Shown: positions 53,301 to 64,000 of the stretch, piece by piece
How positions within the stretch are numbered: position 1 is the first letter of the stretch
Layout: every line of letters starts with the position of its first letter
Source of the DNA: Yuukianura sp. NJ FZ-2021
Taxonomy: Eukaryota
Direction: 5' to 3'
Length of the DNA: 64,000 nucleotides
Assembly: GCA_046563655.1 (NCBI GenBank)
Contig: CM102290.1
Location: 4,092,001 to 4,156,000, forward strand
The notes under the pieces: generated by a model
What the model saw: the letters and a program-made list of their open reading frames with translations, nothing else
What the model was told of the DNA's origin: nothing
The model's database searches: none
Translations under genes and position numbers: made by a program

Positions 53301-56300
53301 TTCTGCGTCGACTCAAAGCGAAGGAAGAGGAATGGAGAGAAGCGCAGAGACATTTCAACAAGGCATGGACTGAGCAGACTGAAAAGTTTTACTTGAAGTC
53401 ATTGGATTTACAAGGAATAACCTTCAAACAGACGGATGTGCGTACATTGCGTTCAAAGGCCCTGCTCAACGAAATAGAAGCGTTATTCGACGAGGTCGGT
53501 TTCTAAATAATAATGTCGGATTATATCGTACTTATTGTTTAGGCAAATGAAAAGGATAGATGGTGCTAATTATATTTGCTGTTTTGTAGCGCCAGGAACG
53601 CGTAATCACGAATCCGATGCCGAATGCGCCTCATTTGACTCTGCTATATCGAGACAGGAATCTTCTGGATGACGCTTGTTTGCTTCTTCTCCACCATGTT
53701 CGGAGACAGGCTAGCATTCATAAGGAGGATAAAAGAAAAATCAAACAACTTTTAAAGCACTTCATTGCCGATTTGTTTCACCACACCAGGATGGAATTGT
53801 CTGACGACGAAGATGAAGGTAAGCTGTTATACACGCTCCAAGTTTTCATGTCACCAAAACAGTGTACAATTTTTAGTTTCGTTGTTTTCTTCAGGGTCTC
53901 ATGAAGATAACGACGGCAGACGAAGCCCTCACGAACCTGTCGGCACTACAGGGCGTAAAAGGAACGGAAACGGCGGGAAGAAGGGCAACGGCAAAGCCGC
54001 AAAGAAGGACATTGAAGATGAGGGTGCCAAAGAAGCATCCGAGTCACAGGCTGCTATTCCTTCCACTGCTAGTGTCTGGTCAGAACTGACCAAGCAAAAG
54101 AAGTTATCAACTGCACATGAGTCTCAGGAGTCTCGTCGTACCATTGCGAAACGAGAACTCAAGCTACTGCTCAGTGATGCTAAAGCGCATGAACTAACAG
54201 ACGTCGGCCGAACATCGTTGCGGGATAAGGTGAATCGGGAGTATCTGAGCGAAATGTCCAAAGACGATAGTGCTCCAGCAACAAGCTCCGAACAGCCTTC
54301 AACTACCAAGAGACGAGCTGGTAGACGAAGTTTTTCGCAGCAACAGGGAACAGAAGGGACGGCAACTGCCAGACGAAGAGTCGAAACCAATACAACCAGT
54401 GCTCAACGCAATGTCGTTTCTCAAAGTCCGGATGAAGTATGGTTTTTAGTAATTGATTTCAACGAAATAAGCAAAAACTGATTTGTCGCAATGTTTTACA
54501 GGACGAGGAGTACAGTCTGTTCTTTGCAAATAGCAAGTTGTATGTCTTCCTCAGGCTTCATCAGATTCTTTGTGAGCGTCTTTCAAAAATTCACGAGAGA
54601 GCAGTATTTCATCTCCAAGAATTCCAAGATATGGAAAAGAACTCTGTTGCAGACTACTTGAGATTGATTCCACCTCGTAAGCAATTATGAACGAAACCAT
54701 ATATGTCAAAATGTTAAAAAAAATTTCTAAACGATTGAACAACCATTTTACTTTAATTAGCTGTCTGTGACGTGTCCAATTACTACCAGCACTTTTTGGA
54801 ACTCATTCGAAGTCTCCTTGATGGTAATATTGAAAGCAGTGCTTATGAAGATACACTCCGGGAGATGTTTGGGATCCATGCTTACATTGCCTACACGATG
54901 GACAAAGTAGTGACCAATGCCGTGAGACAGGTAATGATGGGATTCAATCGCATATTAAACGACGTCGGAAGTGACGATGACTGAGTTTAAATATCTGACA
55001 TTATCTCTTCTTCTCAATTTTCTTTAGTTACAAGGAATAATGACGGACGAGACAAGCCTAAAGTGTCTCGAACTATTCCACCAAGCTGGAAAACGAAATG
55101 GTAACGGTGGATTTTTTCAAACAATGGCGAATCGGGCCACCCCTGAAATCATTTATCAGAAGCAAGCAGAAAAATTGTGTGCAGAGGAGACATTTGTAAA
55201 GATCATGATTGTAAGTAAACTCGGGGTGTGTTCATAGGTGTGGGGAAGCGGAATAGATGTGAATGTGACTAGGCCAGTCACATCGAGTAATGCAAAGTAT
55301 GGTTGTTCTCCTCCAGTAGGCTAGGAGGTAACCGTGGTACATTAGGTAACGCCACTGCCAAGCTTACAAGCATTGTCCCAGGTAAGGGTTTAGACGAGTT
55401 CATTCCCCGATAGCTTGAGATATGTTTCTTTGATTCCCTCCTCCAAGTCATTCCTCTCCTGGACATCAGAATAGTGAAATGATCTTTCCTTAAGACCGAC
55501 TTTATCAGATTGTCCCCGCTGATAACGTGCTCTGTAGACCTGTCCAGCATTACTCTGAAGGTTGAAGGAGACATGGGGGTAATGTCTTGGAGCGGGGGAG
55601 GATGTAGGGAAGCCGAATAGATGTGACTAGGCCAGTCGCATCGAGTAATGCAAAGTCTTGTTCTCCTCCAGTAGCTGGCTAGGAGGTAACCTTGGTGGAG
55701 CGGCTAACCCTGCTGCCAGCCATACTTCTGCATTCTCGTATTGGATTATCAAACGTTACGAACGATTTTATAACTAAATTGTTTATTTTGAATTCAGTTT
55801 AAGAAGCATTGTCGCATAACCATGGAGCTACTGGAATGTGATACTCCCTCCGAAGAGGACCATGATCAAAAAGCCAAATACTCTAACTACGTCACAAAGT
55901 TCTTGAAACCGGACAGCAGCATTCCAGAAAATATCATGTCTGCCCTAGGAGCAAATCCAGTGTTTCTTGCTCGAAATATTCGGAAATGGAGGAAGAGAAA
56001 TTTACTCGAATGGACATCAGACAATGCAAAGCGGAATCAAGCTGGAGGTCATCTCAACGTTGTGAAAATTGAAAAAATGGATGAAGCACCCCGAGAAGAA
56101 AGTGTAACGTCACTCTGCTATGAGAATATGGATGTGGTTTCGGAACCGGGCACCAGCACGGGTCCCCAAGAAGCTGGTACGTCTCAGGGCGAGGCTAGTT
56201 CTGAACCAACAACAGCAAAATTGGCGGATGCAGTTGAAGTGACTGGGTATGTTGACATTCGGAACAGTTCGTAAAAGGTTATGTTTTAGTTTTCACATCT

Positions 56301-56860
56301 TTTACGAGTCTTACTTCGTTTCAGGGTTTTTAATAAAGCTACCGAGGATGGCGGTGACCAATTGGTGATGAAATCTGTTGAGAAGTCTCAAAAGGAGAGG
56401 ACTGCCGAGTTTCTGATGCAAGAGAACCTGCAATGCCAATTCAATCTGTCGTCCTATAGGATGGTCTATGTAACAAATAGTGAAGACTTAATTTATCTAA
56501 AGGGTGCAATGCAAAGAGCACGAAAGGTAAAAATCTTAAACAATTCCAATTTATATTTATATTTTTATGTTTAGACAGATTTTCCTGAAAAAAAAAGTAA
56601 ATTAAAACAATCTTCGTTTGTTTACCGCTACGTTTTAGGCCCACAAGAAGTTGTCCGTGAAATGGTCAAACACGTTCCGGGCATGGCACCACAAATGGAT
56701 TACTACGAATGTTCCTGAAGCTTTATCTTCCATGTGTGGCGACTTCTTTCTGGGTAAAAACAACCCTGGGTCACTGAGGAAAACGTCCAGGAAATCCGTT
56801 TCACGGTCAGATCGTCCACCATATCGGAAGTACCACAAGTACGTCCTTGACAAGGAGTAG
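50375..56860 (+). CDS. Sin3A: Paired amphipathic helix corepressor Sin3A (multi-exon)
   Basis: PAH1 [42 protein letters not shown]2 [27 protein letters not shown]...[16 protein letters not shown]...[38 protein letters not shown]. Confidence 0.97.
55224..55738. mobile_element. ~515 bp insertion in a Sin3A intron with two diverged ~130 bp direct repeats
   Basis: Repeats at ~55242-55374 and ~55607-55734 share GGGAAGC.GAATAGATGTGA...CTAGGCCAGTCRCATCGAGTAATGCAAAGT...GTTCTCCTCCAGTAG...GCTAGGAGGTAACC. GC-richer than neighbouring introns; possible CTCG target duplication. Confidence 0.6.
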
Positions 56861-57088
56861 GTGAACCTGACGTTCCCATTTTCCCTCTCCTCTCAAATAA
56901 AGTTTTTTTAAGGAATCCAGCTATAGAGTTTCTTATCTCTTTTTTGCATTCCAATTAAATCACAGGCCCTCTCTAAAAGTAATATAATAATAATATATAT
57001 TCTTTAATATTTATCACCTACAGATTTTGTTTGTGTACAAACTTCTTTGTGAAATAAAATAAAATGTATAATGTCCTGGTTTCCAAAG

Positions 57089-58535
57089 TTAGTCAAGCTG
57101 CGTGAGAATTTCGGCGCCGATGGGAGTAACAAGAATGGTATGCTCGAACTGGGCAGTTCGTGAGTTGTCTGTAGTAACTGCTGTCCAGCCATCTTCTTGA
57201 ATTTCGATGCTTTGCTGTCCTTGAGACAAAATTGGTTCAATTGTGAACGTCATTCCGGACAGCATCACTCCACCGTAGGAATAATCTAGTTCACAAAATA
57301 ATGTTGTATGAAAAGTTCTGGAAGAATCAAATTAAAACCAATGTCATGTATACCAAAGTGGAAAATGTCCGGCGGCCCATGGAAGTACTCTCCAATCCCA
57401 TGTCCAGTAAATGCTGGAACAACTGTAAATCCCTTGTCCTCAGCATAAGCCTGGATCGCTTTTCCTGAATACGGAACATACAATAATAACAGTTTTAAAA
57501 TCAATTCAAAACTTCTGGATAACAACCGATTGCTTGAAATGGAACTCCAGATCGACAAACTCCGATTCCTTCATACAGGCAGTCTTTGGTAACTTGAACC
57601 AAGTTTTGGCCAATTGGATCAACGTTACCGATGAGCACTGTCTCCGAACAGTCACCATGAAATCCATTTAGAAAGACCTAAAACAAATTGCAATCACATC
57701 ATGGAACAATACGTACTGTCATTTACGTGCTGTTATCTTACGGTCACATCAATATTCACAATGTCTCCGTCTTCCAACTTTCGGTTGTCAGGAATGCCGT
57801 GACACGCTACGTTGTTGACGGAAGTGCAAATGGATTTCGGGTAACCTCGGTAGTTGAGTGGGGAAGGAAAGGCACCGTTGGTGACGATAAGATTGTGAGC
57901 AAATTCGTCGAGTTCATCGGTTGATACCCCGATCTAAGAACATGCAGAATTTTTCGAAAAAGTTGAACTCTAGAAGTGACCTTTAACATCTCACACTACC
58001 TTTGCGTGATTGATGACGGCATTGAGCACGCGCCTGGCAAGTTTGCAAGCACTTCTTAGTTTCTGAATTTGTTCGTCTGACTTAATGTCAGGTTGCCCCT
58101 TTGTCAGTGTAACTGGAATTCCAGTCTTATAATAATCCGGAGTAGAAATGTGTGAAGGGACATTACGAAGTGATCGCACAGATCGTGGCGGTGCATCGTT
58201 GTGAGAGGTCACAACTTTATAGTTTCCAAAATCCCTAGCAATTGAATGAATAGATAGGTTATATTTTATTAATTAGTTTTTCTTAAATGAATGAATGAAA
58301 CTTACGCTCCAAATTCTGCTGTGATAATTTCCGCAGTTTCAATTGTTTTCCTTGGCCAATCCGGAAGTAATTTTTCTGGCGTTGCCGTAGCTTGAGCAAG
58401 ATTCCGTGTCAGCTTTAAACTAGGATAATGTGACACTGCTCCAAGAGGAATCAGCGATTCCTTGTGTCCATTCGCTCCAATAGTTATACCACGGCTAGGT
58501 GCGAGTTGCCAAAGTTTCTGAATTGAACGTAACAT
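57089..58535 (-). CDS. METAP1D: Mitochondrial methionine aminopeptidase 1D (multi-exon)
   Basis: [81 protein letters not shown]; basic presequence-like N-terminus. Confidence 0.95.
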
Positions 58536-59571
58536 TTTCCTAACGGTGAACACCTTTAGCTTGACCGTCCACTATTAATAGATGAGTTGCCTTCTTCTGA
58601 TGATTCCTTGCTTCCTGTCCAAGAAAACAATAATTTTTTGTTTTATCAGATTGCATAATAAGATTTTACAATAATTGTATAGATAGGACAACTATTTAGT
58701 AATTGGTTTTACCCACTTCTGTTTACTTCCTTCCTTGGTAGGCACGATTTACCTTATTCGATGAAGGTGAACCGGTTTGTCGAATTGCGAAATTGCGATC
58801 CAGCAGCTATTCCGTGTGAAACTATTCGTCAAAAAGTTGCATAAGAAATTGCAAACCCAGAACAAAAATTATTTTAAAATTATTTTGGCCCTTTTCGTTC
58901 CGGCACATTAATCATTCCTTACCAGGATTGCTATAACTAACGCCTAGTGTGACCGGATTTTAATTCAACCTAAGTTAATTCGTAAACGTCGAAAACCAGC
59001 GTCTTACGTGTTGCCTTAATTGGTACTAAAAGATAGCATTGTCTTTTTGTCTTGACCCTCTGTCAGACCCTGGCTGGATATCGAGGCGTCATTTATTGCT
59101 TGTATATAATATGCAGAAAACAAGCTTACTTTATAGTGAAGCTTGTCTAACTATGAAAGAAGCTTATCAGGCAAGTCACTGACCTTAACAATAACACGCC
59201 CGCATCATGTTGTAGACACTAGTCCAGAAAGTGGGATCTTTCATGGCACAATTTTAGGTATAAGCTTGAAATCATGTTTGCTGCAATTTTGTATTTTCCT
59301 TGTTCCGGGCAATAATGAATGGTCTGTTTCTTTTGTTTATAAATATGCTTAAAATATATTTCATAAAATATTCAACCATTGAATTAATAAATTATTAATA
59401 AGTTGAAATTATTTCAATACTAGAAGTCAATTTCAGGCAGTTTAGATTTTTAGTAAGCAAAAAATTAATTGGTTGAATTCTGTATGCTTACAATAACGGC
59501 CATTCAACCTTTACCGGAATCCGCGTGTCAGAGAGTTGACGCGTGTAGTTACTGACAAGGTGTAAAGGTGT

Positions 59572-59592
59572 AACAGCTGACAGTCAGCTGTT
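59572..59592. promoter_or_regulatory. Palindromic double E-box (CAGCTG) in the divergent METAP1D/ALG10 promoter region
   Basis: AACAGCTGAC-A-GTCAGCTGTT about 160 bp upstream of the ALG10 ATG; function inferred from position only. Confidence 0.4.
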
Positions 59593-59753
59593 GGCGTTCG
59601 TCGCGTTCCGTCTTTGATTTTTTAAATCCGGTTTCCAAATTCGTCGCATTAAGGTACCGATTACTGATTAAGTGATTGTTAAATGTGTAACTAATTGTTA
59701 CCTGCAAATATGCTTCTTTACAGGTACGTAATTCATTTACTGCTACAGCAGAG

Positions 59754-61896
59754 ATGCCGGCTAGAATCAGAAATCGTCAAGCAGATACAGCGGTGCAGAA
59801 GTGTTCTCCGTCAGCTGTTGCAGGTATCTGTTCCTTCTGGCCTTCAGTATTCTTCGGAATTTTAGGCATCGTCGCGTTAATTAATCATGTTGCCATCAGC
59901 ATGGTACAGAAGACACCGTACATGGACGAAGAATTTCATATCCAGCAGACTCAACAGTATTGCAGAGGGAATTATCTAGAGGTAACATTGAAAGCGAATA
60001 CAATTTGTGAAAGTTATACCGAACACAAACGCTAACATTAGTTATTATTACTGTTTCAGTGGGACCAAAAGATTACTACTTTACCGGGACTTTACGTACT
60101 GCCGAGTGTAATTGCCGCATTACTTGGTTCTTATTTTCCATGCACCACGTTCCTTCTGCGATCCACTAACTTGATCATCACATTTGCAATATACTGGACG
60201 TTCTACGCCATTATTGGAGCTACGAAGCAGGTACTGAATGATTCAGAGAAAATCGTAGCAGGTAATTTGGTCGGAAGTGAAATGATGGGAATGACAGAGG
60301 TCGGCAGGTATATATGGGATTTAGGTTAGGTTTGGTTAATCCTTCTAATGCAAGGGATAGGGTAGGTTTGCCGACCTCTGCGTTTTCGACCAATCCAATT
60401 CCGACCAAATTACCTGGAACCAGAGAAAATCAATGCTAAACGTAGCAGAATTTCTTTCAATGACAAACAATATGCCATATTTAAAATATCATGTTCATAA
60501 ACTTTTATAGTTACCGGAGAAGAAACGAGCGTTTATGGCATACACGTTGACCTTGTTTCCGTTGAACTATTTCTTCACTTTTCTCTACTACACTGACCAA
60601 CTGTCAACTTTACTTGTGCTACTGATGTGGTACCTAGTGCACAAAAATCGTTATGTTCTGTCAGCTATTGCTGGTAAGTTGCAGTTAGTTTATAGCCCGA
60701 TTAATCCGAAAGCAAACTAGGCTGCGTAGAACACCAATTAATTGTTTCGAGAGTGCCAAATCATTTGTTGATTGTATGGTGTCAAAATAACCATACCGTT
60801 GAGGCTATCTTATAGGACTTCTAATGTCCGAGGCCTCAAGGGCTTGGTTATTTTGGACATTTAAAATCACCAGCCAATTTATACACACATATTTTGCCAA
60901 TTATAACAAAAAATTTGTTATTAATTTAAAATTACAAAGTCGGTGAAAATAATGTCGACGTTATAGATGCGTTGTTCTCGTTTTTCAGGTGCATATGCTG
61001 TGTTTACGAGACAAACGAATATTGTTTGGGTGATGTGGGTTGCATTCTTCGTGACATGGGATCTTCTACGTCCAGATTTGACTTCATGGAACAAAAAGCT
61101 CGTAGCAAAACTTAGAGGTCATGGAAACGATGTCAAAAACAAGAAAACTGCACGGAAGAAAGGAAATGGAACAATTCTAAGTGAACTGGAGGACAACTTA
61201 ATATTTTGGTCCAAATGCATCATCAAAATTGCACCGAAAGTTATACCCTACGCTATGACTGGAATTGCATTTCTGGGATTTATTATTGTCAATGGTGGAA
61301 TCGTCGTTGGAGACCGTCTTGCTCATCAAGCAACGATCAATTTACCACAAGTATTTTACTTTGCCTTCTTCACTGGGTTCATGCTGTCACCACTACTGGC
61401 GTTATCCGGATCAATTCCAACGCTTCGTCAAATCAAAAAGCGCTGGATCATGTTTTTGCTGTTCGTCGCCCTGGGGATGGCAGTAGTTTCCTTGAACACC
61501 GTAGTTCACCAGTATCTCCTTGCTGACAATCGACACTACACATTCTACGTGTGGAAACGCTTCTACGAGTGGTATCCCATCAGTCGATACTTGCTAGTCC
61601 CTTGTTACATCACCGTGTGGTTTTGGATTTCCGCCAGCATTAAGTGGGATCCAGTACTTTTTGTTGGATTTATCCTCTGCCTTGCCGGAAGCGTCGTTCC
61701 TCAGAAGCTACTGGAATTTCGCTACTTTATAATTCCTTTCTATTTCCTACGACTGAATATTGAACATACAGAATGGAAGCATTTAATTTTTGAGTGTTTG
61801 TTCTACACTTTACTAAATGCGTTCACAATTTATCAGTTCCTTATGAATCCATTCTTATTGGAAGGAAAATCTGAAGTTTCCAGATTTATGTGGTAA
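59754..61896 (+). CDS. ALG10: Dol-P-Glc alpha-1,2-glucosyltransferase; exons approx 59754-59981, 60060-60230, 60511-60673, 60989-61896
   Basis: PYMDEEFHIQQTQQYC, WDQKITTLPGLY, FFTFLYYTD, RQTNIVW, NGGIVVGDRLAH, YLLADNRHYTFYVW, PQKLLEFRYFIIP, SRFMW*. Confidence 0.97.
60259..60416. mobile_element. Small foldback/MITE-like element in ALG10 intron 2
   Basis: Perfect 18 bp outer IR CAGGTAATTTGGTCGGAA (60259-60276 / 60399-60416), perfect 12 bp inner IR CAGAGGTCGGCA (60295-60306 / 60369-60380), central TTAGGTTAGG. Confidence 0.75.
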
Positions 61897-64000
61897 AATT
61901 GTTATTACAGAAGAACTTCTCATTCCGCAACACGCGTAGACTGATTCTTTGAGAGGAGCCTACCGTGAACTCTCTCGTAACAGTCCTCATCCTGGACCAA
62001 GTGTCGGGAAGCAGTTGAGTTGTTTAACATTCAAATCTCTACACAAACTTGAAGTTTAACGGTGACCTACCATGAAAAACGTTTTGCAGAATGAGAGGTT
62101 TTTCTGTACATTATTTAATTATGAAGGCTTGAATTATTCAAGCACCTAACAAAGGCTGCTTCATTGTTTTCTAAAAACTTCTGTCCAGTTTTAATATAGT
62201 ACACATTTTTCACCTATGCTACAATTAGAACACACTTAGTGACCAACTTTGTGTTAAAAAATTGTGAATTAAAGCCAACATATTTTTTTATGAAAAAAAA
62301 TTGAATTTTGTTGCCGTGTGGGATTATTATTTACAGTTACCTGTCAGTCCGTTGGCAAAAAATTGCCCCTTTTGAAACTATGAAAAATTTATTTTATGAG
62401 GAAACGGAATCTGTCCGGAATTTCGTTTCCTTTTTGCATTAACTAGGACGGATGCATTAATAACAGTTCCATCGATTATTCCAAACATGTCTCCTTGCCA
62501 AGGTTCCTTGACAACCGAATTATGATTCCTACAATAGGTTATCCAAAAACTCAAGGTTTTCAAAAATCATGCGTCAAACAATTTTTAGCACCAATTTTGT
62601 GTATTCTTTTTCCCCAATTTTTTTTTCACGCTAAATCGCCATAGGGATGGAAGAAAAGTTCAAGGGGTTTCAATTTTGAATGTTTTTACCCAAAATCAAA
62701 AAACCCGAGTTATTGGACAACCTGTTGTAGAAGGAAAACATTTTCTTTTGTTTACAGACCTTGTCTCCTTGCAACAACGTATTATCACAACCGTAGCTTC
62801 ATCTCTGAATCTCAGCCGGAAGAACTTGTCACCACAACATATCTTGCGGATGTACACATTTTTAGTAAACAACATAAATCCTGGAATTGTAATTTGAAAA
62901 TCATTTTAAATTAATGTGACTGTTGGAAATGGGAGTGGCTCGTAGAAAGTGACGACCTGTCCCATGCCATGTCCATTTGACATTCTGTTCCCACGCTAAT
63001 CTCCTTCTTTGAGTGACACTTGATGAATACTTAAATATAGTTTAGTGCCTAAAAAATCAGTAGATCTCTAAAACAGCTCACGCATCAACTTCCGTTGTTG
63101 TCCATGCCAGCCTCAGGGTCACCAAAAATTGGAACATGATTTTGCTCATTAGATGATTCAAAATAATTTTGGAAACAATACAGTTTCAACAGTTGGAGGG
63201 ATATCGTCTATGCACATTGTTCCAGTTTTACAGAGAATCAAGTCAAGGTTTCTGTATTGAATTTTGACAAAAAAAAATCTGTCTAAATTTTGCATTTTGG
63301 CAACAGAAGTTGTCAAAAATTTACTCAAATTTTCGACAGTAGTAGTTATAATATCACTTTTACGTACCTTGTAAAGGTTCCGTCTGTTGAATATTTCCCG
63401 TTAGGTTTAACACAAATTCAGTAACTGCTTTGTACAATTTAACAATACTAGGAATGGATTCCAATTCTTGAAAAATTTTAATGATTCAAGTACAATATAG
63501 TAGTACGTAGAAACGTTAAGTAAAGTAAGTTGATGTTCTTTTTTTTTATGTAAGAAGCTGTTCTTCAAAAATCATTGTGGAAATCAATTGAAAAATACTC
63601 TTGCAGTTAATTTTTTGTCAATACTTTTAATATCCCATAACTTTTTATATGTAATCGTTTCAGTTACCTTCAGTTTTGTTTTTGTTTGTTATTATTATAT
63701 CAGTCTCTTTCGATTACATAACTCATAACAAACGTTACCTATTTACCGTCATTGCCTAATACCACCACTACTACGGTAGAAGAATGGATGGAGAAAAATG
63801 AAGAAAAAAAATGTGAAAGTTCTACTTGCTCATTTCACTTTCAGCCGCCAGTCAGTCTGAGTTGAGCACTTCTCCGGTGAGGACGTCAGAGTCATTGGCT
63901 CCGTCATCTTTACTTCTTTAGGTAATTGATACAGTTATTCCAAGTTATTATTGTTCTGCACTGGAGTTTAATTAACACCGTACTAACTTTAGCAATGAAC

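Noticed and set aside
55242..55734. Assignment to a known ribozyme class, snoRNA or tRNA-SINE
   Set aside because: No CUGANGA/GAAA hammerhead core. Twister-like words (GAGTAATGC, TTACAAGC) are in the wrong order. No HDV L3 motif, C/D boxes or B-box.
60321..60335. TTAGG motifs as telomere or telomerase template
   Set aside because: Only about two units, embedded in a small foldback element.
62378..63300. Possible decayed coding sequence after ALG10
   Set aside because: All frames examined are short or interrupted, and no family could be recognised.

Overview
Gene-dense eukaryotic window with many ~60-100 bp GT-AG introns. It looks like a compact invertebrate/arthropod genome (species not determinable here). 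In order: the 3' part of a latrophilin/Cirl-type adhesion GPCR (+), carrying an internally deleted pogo-type DNA transposon in one intron; an array of ~318 bp palindromic repeat units; a divergent two-dsRBD gene of TRBP/PACT/Loquacious-like layout (-), visible only after splicing; ROMO1 (-); AMPK alpha (-); an F-box/LRR gene (+); a divergent APC5 (+); Rad17 (-); eIF3j (-); FBXL2/20 (+); dymeclin (-); Sin3A (+); mitochondrial MetAP1D (-); ALG10 (+). Several small foldback/MITE-like elements are scattered through it. The most notable unexplained items are the degenerate dsRBD gene beside a foldback array, a ~515 bp insertion with structured direct repeats in a Sin3A intron, and the transposon remnant that keeps an intron-containing, DNA-binding-only reading frame. 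Exon boundaries were read by eye and may be a few bases off.
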